Below, piece by piece: positions 18,715 to 26,580 of a stretch of 64,000 nt of DNA. Under the pieces are notes generated by a model. The model was given only the letters and a program-made list of their open reading frames with translations, was not told where the DNA came from and did not search any database. The translations under genes were made by a program, and so were the position numbers. Origin of the DNA: an uncultured Actinomycetes bacterium (GTDB lineage Bacteria; Actinomycetota; UBA4738; HRBIN12). The stretch covers positions 986,647 to 1,050,646 of the forward strand of contig CAVPIB010000001.1 of the NCBI GenBank assembly GCA_963704885.1, read 5' to 3'. Position 1 is the first letter of the stretch. Every line of letters begins with the position of its first letter.

Positions 18715-19194
18715 ATGTCGCACGCAGCCAACGCCTTCGTCGTCCTGCCGGGGGAGGGAACCGCGATCCGCGGGCCGGTCGGAGGACCCACCACGATCAA
18801 GGCGCGTACCGAGAACACCGCGGGCAGCTTCACGCTCTTGGAGGTGGTGGTCCCTCCAGAGCAAGGCCCACCGCTCCACGTCCACTCCCGCGAGGACGAG
18901 ATGTGGTACGTGCTGGACGGTCATCTCCGCTTCAAAGCCGACGAGGAGATGCTGGACGCCCCCTCGGGTGCGTTCGTGTTCGTTCCGCGCGGCGTTCAAC
19001 ACTGCTTCCAGAACATCGGGGATGGATCGGCCACCATCCTCGTGATGTTCACGCCGGGAGGCATGGAGCGGTTCTTCGAGCAACACGCCGAGCTCCCCGC
19101 TGGCCCCGTCGACGCCGGGGCCTACGCCGCCATCGCGAGGAACAACTGGATGGAGGTCGTCGGCAAGCCCCTAGCCGAGTCCGACCCGATCTAG
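18715..19194 (+). CDS. Cupin-domain protein (quercetinase-like)
   Basis: GPPLHVHSREDE and VPRGVQHCF cupin motifs; TPGGMERFF. Confidence 0.88.
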   Translation: MSHAANAFVVLPGEGTAIRGPVGGPTTIKARTENTAGSFTLLEVVVPPEQGPPLHVHSREDEMWYVLDGHLRFKADEEMLDAPSGAFVFVPRGVQHCFQNIGDGSATILVMFTPGGMERFFEQHAELPAGPVDAGAYAAIARNNWMEVVGKPLAESDPI

Positions 19195-19284
19195 TGCGGC
19201 GTGCCGGTTGCGGTTCGATGCTGGCGAGGTGCCGTTCTTGTCGCGATCCTTCCTAGAGGGTCACCGTTCGTCCAGGCTTGGCCC

Positions 19285-19587
19285 ATGACCGACTTCACCA
19301 TGTATGGGTCGCTGTTCCTGATCGGAGCCGCGCTGGCCCTCTCCGGCGCCGTCGGGCTGTTCTTGCCCCAGGGGTATCGCCCTGACGTCGTGCTGGCGCT
19401 CCTGGCGGGGGCGGGTGTGGGGATCGCGTGCCTCGCGCTCGGCTCCGCTCTCGCCAGCCGCTCGCCGGATGACTGGTGGCGGGTCTTCTTCGTGTCGTCG
19501 ATCGCCGGCTTCGCGATCGTGGTCTCAGGGCTGGTGGTGGCTTGGAAGAGACGCGACCGCTCGGGGTCGATCCCATCTAGTCTCTGA
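19285..19587 (+). CDS. Small 3-TM membrane protein
   Basis: Three hydrophobic helices; fills the gap upstream of the UroD-like gene. Confidence 0.6.
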   Translation: MTDFTMYGSLFLIGAALALSGAVGLFLPQGYRPDVVLALLAGAGVGIACLALGSALASRSPDDWWRVFFVSSIAGFAIVVSGLVVAWKRRDRSGSIPSSL

Positions 19588-19602
19588 GTCCATGAGGCGC
19601 CG

Positions 19603-20778
19603 ATGAGCATGACCTCGCGCGAGCGTGTGTTGGCCGCGATGAGCCACGAGGAGCCCGATCGCGTGCCGATCGTGCTCGGCGTGAGCAACGCAACCGGTAT
19701 CAAGATGAAGCCCTATCGCGAGCTCAAGCAGCTGCTGGGTATCGAAGCCGACGACGAGTACCTCTACGGGTGGCCGGAGCTGGGGACGGCGGCGGTCGAT
19801 GGGGCAACGATGGTTCGTCTCGGGTCCGATGTCCGGGGAGTGCTCGATCTCGAGCCGGCCAGCGTGCTCGAGTGGAACGCGGCCCGTCCGCCGCACGCCG
19901 ACTACATCAACTCGTGGGGTTCGGGCGCCACCGAGATCCGCCCGGGCGAATGGTTCCCGATGGTCTGCCCTCTGGCGTCGGCCACCACCGTGGCAGAGAT
20001 CGAGGACTACCCCTGGCCCGACATGGACGATCCGACGCGGGTTGCCCATGTGGCGACGGAGGCCGCCCGGATCGCCGCCGAGGATCGCTACGCCATCATG
20101 GCCACGCCGTGGCTGCTCTTTCCCTTGGAGCGTGCGTTCGCCATGCAGGGCATGGACACGTTCCTGATGAACCTGGCCCTGCATCCGGAGTTCGCCGAGG
20201 CGCTGCTTTGGAAGATCCAAGAGAGATGCAAGGTGTTGATGGGTCACTTCCTGGCGGCCCTCGGCGACAACGTCGACATCATCAAGATCGGCGACGACCT
20301 CGGCACGCAGGAGAGCCTGATGATGTCACCGGATATGTACCGACGGGTCTTGAAGCCGATCCACGCCGACTACATCCGGTTCATCCGCGAGCGAACCCAC
20401 GCCAAGGTCTTCTTCCACACCGACGGCGACGTGTTCCCGCTGATCGACGACTTCGTCGAGATGGGCGTGGACATACTGAATCCCATCCAGACGTCAGCTG
20501 GGAAGATGTCCAACCTGGAAGAGTTGAAGGCTCGATGGGGTGACCGGCTCACGTTCTGCGGAGGCATCGACACCCACCGGATCCTGCCGACCGGGACCCC
20601 TGACGAGGTGCGGGCGGAGGTCCGGCGGGTGATCCAGATACTGGCGCCAGGCGGCGGTTACATGGTCAGCTCGGTGCACACCGTGATGGACGACGTGCCG
20701 GCAGAGAACATCCTGGCCATGGTCGACGCGGTCGAGGAGTTCGGGACGTATCCGATCGCCCGAGGTAGCTCGGGGTGA
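19603..20778 (+). CDS. Uroporphyrinogen decarboxylase/MtaA-CmuA-like TIM-barrel protein (probable methylcobamide methyltransferase family)
   Basis: MTSRERVLAAMSHEEPDRVP, IGDDLGTQESLMMSP, FFHTDG, GVDILNPIQ, FCGGIDT, GGGY…VH…VPAENI. Confidence 0.88.
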   Translation: MSMTSRERVLAAMSHEEPDRVPIVLGVSNATGIKMKPYRELKQLLGIEADDEYLYGWPELGTAAVDGATMVRLGSDVRGVLDLEPASVLEWNAARPPHADYINSWGSGATEIRPGEWFPMVCPLASATTVAEIEDYPWPDMDDPTRVAHVATEAARIAAEDRYAIMATPWLLFPLERAFAMQGMDTFLMNLALHPEFAEALLWKIQERCKVLMGHFLAALGDNVDIIKIGDDLGTQESLMMSPDMYRRVLKPIHADYIRFIRERTHAKVFFHTDGDVFPLIDDFVEMGVDILNPIQTSAGKMSNLEELKARWGDRLTFCGGIDTHRILPTGTPDEVRAEVRRVIQILAPGGGYMVSSVHTVMDDVPAENILAMVDAVEEFGTYPIARGSSG

Positions 20779-21425
20779 CGGATCGCGAGGAGCTTCTCGA
20801 CCAGCTGTACGGCTTCGTCCTGTCCGGCGACGTGGATCAGGCGGTGGCGGCGACGCAGGAGGGTCTGGGCAGCGACATCGAGCCGACGGCCCTCCTCTTC
20901 GACGCCATGATCCCGGCGTTGGAGGAGGTCGGCCGGCGCTTCGAGACCGGAGAGGTGTTCCTGCCGGAGATGCTCATAGCGGCCAATGCCATGCAAGGGG
21001 CCATGACGATCCTCCGCCCCCTGATCGTGGCCGCCGGTGTCGAGACGATCGGTAGGTTCGTCATGGGCACCGTGGCGGGCGACATCCACGACGTCGGTAA
21101 GAAGCTCTGCATCGTGATGCTGGAGGGCGCCGGATTCGAAGTGATCGACCTCGGTATCAACGTGCCGGCTCAGGGCTTCGTCGATGCGATCCGTGAAGTT
21201 CAGCCGGACGTGGTGGGCATGAGCGCGTTCCTCACGACCACCGCCCTGGAGTTCGCACGCAACATCGAGTTGATCGAGGCGGCCGGCCTACGCGATCAGG
21301 TGAAGATCCTGATCGGCGGCGCACCGGTCGACCAGGCCTTGGTCGACAGTGTCGGTGCCGACGGCTTCGCGCCAGACGCCAGCTCCGCGGTCCGGTTGAC
21401 CAAGACGGTGATGGGTATCTCGTAG
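20775..21425 (+). CDS. Cobalamin-binding corrinoid protein (MtaC/MttC-like)
   Basis: Cap domain VGRRFETGEVFLPEM; DxHxxG motif GDIHDVGK; GMSA; IGGAPV; GTGA overlap. Confidence 0.93.
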   Translation: MTDREELLDQLYGFVLSGDVDQAVAATQEGLGSDIEPTALLFDAMIPALEEVGRRFETGEVFLPEMLIAANAMQGAMTILRPLIVAAGVETIGRFVMGTVAGDIHDVGKKLCIVMLEGAGFEVIDLGINVPAQGFVDAIREVQPDVVGMSAFLTTTALEFARNIELIEAAGLRDQVKILIGGAPVDQALVDSVGADGFAPDASSAVRLTKTVMGIS

Positions 21426-21494
21426 TCCCTCATCCGGCTTCTCCGCGACATCGCGACGCGTGACCATCAGGTACACGCGAAGACCTCGCCGGAT

Positions 21495-21902
21495 CTAGGT
21501 CGTCGTTACACGGATCTTGAACAGGTGGCCGCAGTCGGTGCACTTGCGGTTCACGCGGGCCGCTGGCCCTGCGTGACCGAACGGTTGGGTGTGCGCGGAA
21601 CCGCACACGGGACAGGTCTGGCGGGCGCGACCTTCGTGCGACTCACCACGCACGACCCAGAACTCCTCGATCGACACCTCGGCTCCCGCGGCCTCGAGCC
21701 TCGCGGCCGCGTTCTTGGCGTCCTCCGGGAGGGATCGGTCGAGCACCACGATCGGGGGCTTCGCGTCGTCGATCGAGACCCGAGCTCCGGCGACCCGTTC
21801 GATCGTATCGGCGATGTCCTGCTCGGCGCCGGCTTCCCATCCGGTCACGGTGACGGTTGCACGCAGCACCTGCCCTTCCCGATCGGGGGGCAGATCGCTC
21901 AT
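21495..21902 (-). CDS. Hypothetical protein: L7/L12-CTD-like segment plus C4 zinc ribbon
   Basis: PIVVLDRSLPEDAKNAAARLEAAGAEVSI; CPVCGS…CTDCG; ATGA overlap with YbaK stop. Confidence 0.65.
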   Translation of the reverse strand: MSDLPPDREGQVLRATVTVTGWEAGAEQDIADTIERVAGARVSIDDAKPPIVVLDRSLPEDAKNAAARLEAAGAEVSIEEFWVVRGESHEGRARQTCPVCGSAHTQPFGHAGPAARVNRKCTDCGHLFKIRVTTT

Positions 21903-22390
21903 GCTCCGCCGTCTGGTTGCGTCACGTCCGCCACCTCGGCGTCGAGTGTGTCCACAAGGTCAGCCGAGCCTACATGGAGGTTCACGCCGTGAGCGCCGGC
22001 ACCGATCGCAACCCGTTCGCGGTCGCGGACGGTCGTGTCGGCGATGACCGGCCACGCGTTCGTGGCGCCGAACGGCGAGATCGCGCCGCGCTCGTATCCG
22101 GTCGCTGCCTTAGCCTCGCCGGCGTCGGGGAGCGAGAGCCGCTTGACCCGCAGATGCGCCCGGAGCTTCGGCCAGTGGATCTGCCGGCCGCCGGGCACAA
22201 GGACGAAGACGTAGTCATCGGCGCCTCGCCGGATCACGATCGTCCGAAGGAGCTGTCCGAGCTCTATCCCTTGTAGGGCCGCGCTCTCTTCGGCACTCGC
22301 CGGTCGCTCGGTGCGGACCAGTTCGAAGGCGAGGCCGGCAGCCTCGGCCGCCTGTGCGCCGGGGGGAGCAGCCGGGTTCGCGGTGTCCAT
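21899..22390 (-). CDS. YbaK/EbsC-family aminoacyl-tRNA deacylase
   Basis: LLRTIVIR, FVLVPG, ATGYERGAISPFG, IGAGAHG. Confidence 0.88.
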   Translation of the reverse strand: MDTANPAAPPGAQAAEAAGLAFELVRTERPASAEESAALQGIELGQLLRTIVIRRGADDYVFVLVPGGRQIHWPKLRAHLRVKRLSLPDAGEAKAATGYERGAISPFGATNAWPVIADTTVRDRERVAIGAGAHGVNLHVGSADLVDTLDAEVADVTQPDGGA

Positions 22391-22428
22391 GGCGATTCCT
22401 CCCGCTGCGGCGGCCGACCCTGCCGGGC

Positions 22429-23622
22429 TTACGTGCGCTTGCGTTCGAGGTCCAGGAACGGCGTGGCAACCACGGTCGCGGCCACCTTGCCGCGCTCGCC
22501 CTCGACGCTCCACTCGACCGAGAGGCGAGACCCGACCTTCTCGTGCTGCTTGTCGACCGAGCCGAACCCGACCATCTTCTTGATCGTAGGGCCCCATGTG
22601 ATGCTGGTGGCGCGCCCCACCTGACGACCCTCCTTGTAGACCGGTACAGGGTCGCGGTGCACGAGCGCCGACACCGCCGGCGCCAGGTCGTGCTTGGCGT
22701 AGAGCCCTTCGATCCCCGCCCACTCCAACTCCAGGCCGACCAACCGCCGCGCCGGTCCGCCCAGCTTCCTCTCCGCGATCAGCGCCCGCTTGCCGTTGAA
22801 CGGTGACTCCTTCCCGAGCGCGACCAGCCTGCCGAAGCCAAGCTCGTACGGCGAGTAGTGCTGCTCGGCGGCGATGGCGCGGTGGGAGCTCGAGTACTCG
22901 ACCTCTATCAGGAGCAGGCCGGCCTCCACGCGCGCCACGTCCATCGCCCGGATGCCGCAGGGGTGGATCCCGTAGCGCTGGCCCGTGTCGAAGATCCTGT
23001 CCCACACCGCGAGCGCGCCGTCGGCAGGCATCCACAGCTCGTATCCGCGGTCGCCGGTGTAGCCGGTGCGGGTGACGTCGACCTCCACGCCCGCGATCTC
23101 CGACACCCGCCGGCGGAAGTACCCAACGTCCGTCCAGTCCTGTCCGGTGGCTTCCTGCAGGACCTCGCGCGACAACCGGCCCTGTAGCGCCAGACCCGCG
23201 GTCGCGTCGCTCACGTCCTCGACCTCGACGTCCAGTCCCGTCGCGTTCATCCGGAACCAGCGCTCGCACGGGTCGGCCGCCGTGATCCGATACGAATCTT
23301 CGGCCAGGCGTGTCACCGTGCCGTCGTCGATAACCTTGCCGTCCTCGTCGCACCAGGGCGTGTAGTAGACGTGGTCGACCTGAAGCCTGGAGATATCGCG
23401 CGTCATCACGCGGTCGAGCAAGCGACCGGCGTCGCGCCCGCTCACCACGTACTTGTAGAGGGGACTGACATCCACGACGGCCGCGGCCTCGCGGATGGCG
23501 TTGTATTCGATGTCGTGGAAGTCCGCGTAGACGGCGGCGCTGTGGTATCCCGACCACTCGCCCCAGGCGAGGTGATGGTTCAGCTCCGCCTCACGCGGAA
23601 AGAACGCGGTGCCGACGCTCAC
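22429..23622 (-). CDS. GcvT-family aminomethyltransferase/folate-binding protein (not in a gcv operon)
   Basis: EYNAIREAAAVVDVSPLYK, GKVIDDGTV, LALQG, TRTGYTGDRGYELW, ARVEAG. Confidence 0.92.
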   Translation of the reverse strand: MSVGTAFFPREAELNHHLAWGEWSGYHSAAVYADFHDIEYNAIREAAAVVDVSPLYKYVVSGRDAGRLLDRVMTRDISRLQVDHVYYTPWCDEDGKVIDDGTVTRLAEDSYRITAADPCERWFRMNATGLDVEVEDVSDATAGLALQGRLSREVLQEATGQDWTDVGYFRRRVSEIAGVEVDVTRTGYTGDRGYELWMPADGALAVWDRIFDTGQRYGIHPCGIRAMDVARVEAGLLLIEVEYSSSHRAIAAEQHYSPYELGFGRLVALGKESPFNGKRALIAERKLGGPARRLVGLELEWAGIEGLYAKHDLAPAVSALVHRDPVPVYKEGRQVGRATSITWGPTIKKMVGFGSVDKQHEKVGSRLSVEWSVEGERGKVAATVVATPFLDLERKRT

Positions 23623-23689
23623 GAGACTCCCTCCTCAACCAGGTGCGCTAGCGTAGCGGAGCCTCGCCCGAGCACCTCGCGATCGGGGT

Positions 23690-23702
23690 TGACCTCAGGT
23701 CA
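23690..23702. promoter_or_regulatory. Palindrome TGACC-TCA-GGTCA, putative operator
   Basis: Lies in the divergent gap upstream of the GcvT-like gene; same core and GAG flank as 24882-24897. Confidence 0.4.
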
Positions 23703-23764
23703 GAGAGGCGATGGCTCTATCGTGGGATCCGGCGTTCGCCGCATCGGGTACGGTTCCCCGCCAG

Positions 23765-24337
23765 ATGGACGACTCCGGACCTCTGTATCCGTTGGAGACC
23801 GAGAGGCTGCTCCTTCGCCCGCTCGTACCGAGTGACTTCGACGCGCTCTACTCATACCAGTCACGAACCGACGTCGCGCGGTTCCTACTGTGGGGACCTC
23901 GGGACGAGGCGGAGGTACGAGAGTCCCTCGAAAAGAAGCTGCAGAGCGGCATCATCCGTGCGCCGGGCGACTTACTGGCCCTAGCCGTCGTCCTGAAGGA
24001 AACATCGGAGATGATCGGCGACTTCATCCTCCATCGGCAGGATGACGAACAGCGCCAAGCCGAGCTCGGCTACATCATCCACCCCGATCACGCAGGCAGG
24101 GGCTACGCGACGGAGGCCGGCCGAGCGATGCTCACGATCGCGTTCGAGGACATGCGTATGCACCGGGTGTTCGGACGCGTGGAGGCACGCCATACGGGCT
24201 CGGCGCGCGTGCTCGAGAAGCTGGGTATGCGCCAAGAGGCCCACTTCGTGGAGAACGAGTTCGTGAAGGGCGAGTGGCAGAGCGAGCTGGTCTACGCGAT
24301 CCTCGACCGCGAATGGCTCGGCTCCGCACCTCCGTAG
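23765..24337 (+). CDS. GNAT acetyltransferase, RimJ/RimL family
   Basis: LETERLLLRP, AELGY, GRGYATEA, SARVLEKLGMRQE. Confidence 0.9.
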   Translation: MDDSGPLYPLETERLLLRPLVPSDFDALYSYQSRTDVARFLLWGPRDEAEVRESLEKKLQSGIIRAPGDLLALAVVLKETSEMIGDFILHRQDDEQRQAELGYIIHPDHAGRGYATEAGRAMLTIAFEDMRMHRVFGRVEARHTGSARVLEKLGMRQEAHFVENEFVKGEWQSELVYAILDREWLGSAPP

Positions 24338-24449
24338 CCCGAGGGCATCGGAGGTGCGCTGAGGCCCGACGACCGTAGGCCTTTCTACCTGCCCATGCGC
24401 TTGTCGGAGCGCGCAGGATGGAGCCGGAGGACCGAAGGAGGCGACTTCC

Positions 24450-24833
24450 ATGAGACTCACGTGGAGGGACGGTGTCACGACGATCCTGGCCGGTTGCACG
24501 GTGGCGATCGCGATGGCGGTCGCGCAGGGGTGGGGCTGGCCGCTGCTGGGGAGCGTGGCCGCGGGGGTAGCTGTCCTGGGCGCCGTCGGGTTGGCGATGT
24601 GCGTGCTGGGCGCGTCGACCGACTCGGCGCCATCGCTCAAAGACCCGTTCACGGCGGTGATGTCGGTGCTCGGCTCCGTCGCGCTGGTTCTGATCGTGGT
24701 TGGTCTCATCATGGCGAACGAGGCCGTGTTCATGACCCTGACGGTGGTCATCCTGGTGATGTGGCTCGTGTCCACGACGTCGCACGCGATCTCGGCTCGC
24801 CCGAGCCTTCGATATAGGGTTCACTCGGGCTAG
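24450..24833 (+). CDS. Small 4-TM membrane protein
   Basis: SD GAAGGAGG; four hydrophobic helices. Confidence 0.75.
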   Translation: MRLTWRDGVTTILAGCTVAIAMAVAQGWGWPLLGSVAAGVAVLGAVGLAMCVLGASTDSAPSLKDPFTAVMSVLGSVALVLIVVGLIMANEAVFMTLTVVILVMWLVSTTSHAISARPSLRYRVHSG

Positions 24834-24873
24834 CTCCGTTCATCGCTCGCGTCGGCCGGATCTGACGCTCTAG

Positions 24874-24902
24874 ACGCCCTCTGACCTTTGGTCAGAGGGC
24901 GT
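24874..24902. promoter_or_regulatory. 13-bp inverted repeat containing TGACC-TTT-GGTCA (operator and/or terminator)
   Basis: ACGCCCTCTGACC-ttt-GGTCAGAGGGCGT; extra GGTCAGA half-site at 24910. Confidence 0.5.
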
Positions 24903-24973
24903 TTGGTGTGGTCAGAACGCCGCGGCTACCATTGGCGACCGGCGCATCCGCGTCCGTCTCATCAGGAGGGTCC

Positions 24974-26578
24974 GTGGCCAAGCGGTACGACGTGGTCGTG
25001 ATCGGCGGGGGACACAACGGCCTCACGAACGCGGCCTACCTGGCCAAGGCCGGCAAGAAGGTCCTGGTCCTCGAACGTCGCCACGTGCTGGGCGGCGCAG
25101 CCGTCACTGAGGAGGTCTTCCCCGGTTTCCGTTTCAGCGTTCTGTCCTACGTCGTCTCGCTGCTTCGTCCCGAGATCATCCGCGAGCTGGAGTTGCCCAA
25201 GTACGGCCTGGAGATCCTCCCCCTGGACGGCACCATCACGCCGCTCGATGACGACTACCTGTGGCGCAGTAACGACCACGGCAGCACGATCCGCGAGCTC
25301 CGCCGGTGGTCGCGGAGCGACGCCGAGGCCTACGAGGAGTACGGCCAGTTGATGGCCGAGATGGCCCGGTTCATCAAGCCGATCCTCTCGATCGTCCCGC
25401 CCGATCCCGGCAAGCTGAACCCGATGGACTGGCTTCCGCTCGCGGGGCTCGCGAGGAGTTTCAAGGACCTGCCGACACGTCTGCAGACCACGTTCATCCA
25501 GCTGATGACCATGAGCGCAGCCGACTTCTTGGACCAATGGTTCGAGACCGAGCCGCTGAAGGCGACCATGAGCGCGAGCGGCATCATCGGCACGTTCCAG
25601 GGTCCGCGCTCGCCGGGTACCGCATACGTCCTGCTGCACCACTACATGGGAGAGATCGACGGTGCCTTCCGGGCCTGGGGCATCCCCAAGGGTGGCACCG
25701 GAGGTATCTCGATAGCGATCGCGAACGCTGCCCTCGCCCTGGGGGTCGAGATCCGAACGGAGGCCCCGATCGCGCGGATCGACGTGCGCGACGGCCGCGC
25801 GACGGGTGTCACCCTCGAGTCCGGCGAGCAGATCCAGGCCGGAGTGGTGATGTCGTCGGTCGACTCCAACCTCACGTTCCTCAAGTTGCTCGGATCGGGC
25901 ACGCTCGATCCGGATTTCGAGGCGGAGGTCCGCCGCTATAAGTACCGCGGCTCATCCGGCAAGGTGAACCTGGCCCTCGACGGCCTGCCCGAGCTCGCGT
26001 GCAAGCCGGGCGTCGGTCCGTGGCTGCGAGGCGCGATCAGCTTCTCGCCGAGCCTCGACTACATGGAGCGCGCTTACGACGACGCGAAGTACGGCCGGTT
26101 CAGCCGGCGTCCGTACATCGACTGCATCATGCCGACGCTCGTCGACCCGTCCATGGCGCCCCCAGGCAAGCACGTCATGAGCTGCTTCGTGCAGTACGCG
26201 CCCTACAAGCTGGAGCCCGGCAAGGAGTGGAACGACGCCGAGCGCGAGGCGTTCGGTGAGAACGTGATCGACACTTTGGAGGAGCGGTTCCCCGACATCC
26301 GGAAGCTGATCCTTCACAAGATGTTCGTGACGCCGAAGGACATCGAGGACATCACCGGTCTGACCGAGGGCAACATCTTCCAAGGCGAGCTCTCACTGGA
26401 GCAGCTGTTCTTCAACCGGCCTGTGCCGGGGTGGGCCCGGTATCGCACTCCGGTGAAGGACCTGTGGATGTGCGGCTCGGCCACGCACCCCGGCGGCGGC
26501 ATCATGGGCGCGCCCGGCCGGATCGCCGCGCTCGAGTACCTGAAGGAGAACAAGCGCGGCGGGAAGCAGGTGGCCTGA
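24974..26578 (+). CDS. FAD-dependent oxidoreductase, phytoene-dehydrogenase-like/PYROXD2 family (paralog 1)
   Basis: SD AGGAGG; IGGGHNGL Rossmann, GGAAVTEE, YVLLHHYMG, PTLVDPSMAPPGKHVMSCFVQY, GNIFQGE, CGSATHPGGGIMGAPG. Confidence 0.92.
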   Translation: MAKRYDVVVIGGGHNGLTNAAYLAKAGKKVLVLERRHVLGGAAVTEEVFPGFRFSVLSYVVSLLRPEIIRELELPKYGLEILPLDGTITPLDDDYLWRSNDHGSTIRELRRWSRSDAEAYEEYGQLMAEMARFIKPILSIVPPDPGKLNPMDWLPLAGLARSFKDLPTRLQTTFIQLMTMSAADFLDQWFETEPLKATMSASGIIGTFQGPRSPGTAYVLLHHYMGEIDGAFRAWGIPKGGTGGISIAIANAALALGVEIRTEAPIARIDVRDGRATGVTLESGEQIQAGVVMSSVDSNLTFLKLLGSGTLDPDFEAEVRRYKYRGSSGKVNLALDGLPELACKPGVGPWLRGAISFSPSLDYMERAYDDAKYGRFSRRPYIDCIMPTLVDPSMAPPGKHVMSCFVQYAPYKLEPGKEWNDAEREAFGENVIDTLEERFPDIRKLILHKMFVTPKDIEDITGLTEGNIFQGELSLEQLFFNRPVPGWARYRTPVKDLWMCGSATHPGGGIMGAPGRIAALEYLKENKRGGKQVA

Positions 26579-26580
26579 GC

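Noticed and set aside
19195-19602. Cobalamin riboswitch or pyrrolysine system with the corrinoid genes
   Set aside because: No B12-box is recognisable, the space is filled by a small CDS, and there is no amber-containing methyltransferase or pyl gene.
22429-23622. Glycine cleavage system gcvT
   Set aside because: No gcvH/gcvP adjacent and the N-terminus differs from canonical GcvT, so no symbol was assigned.
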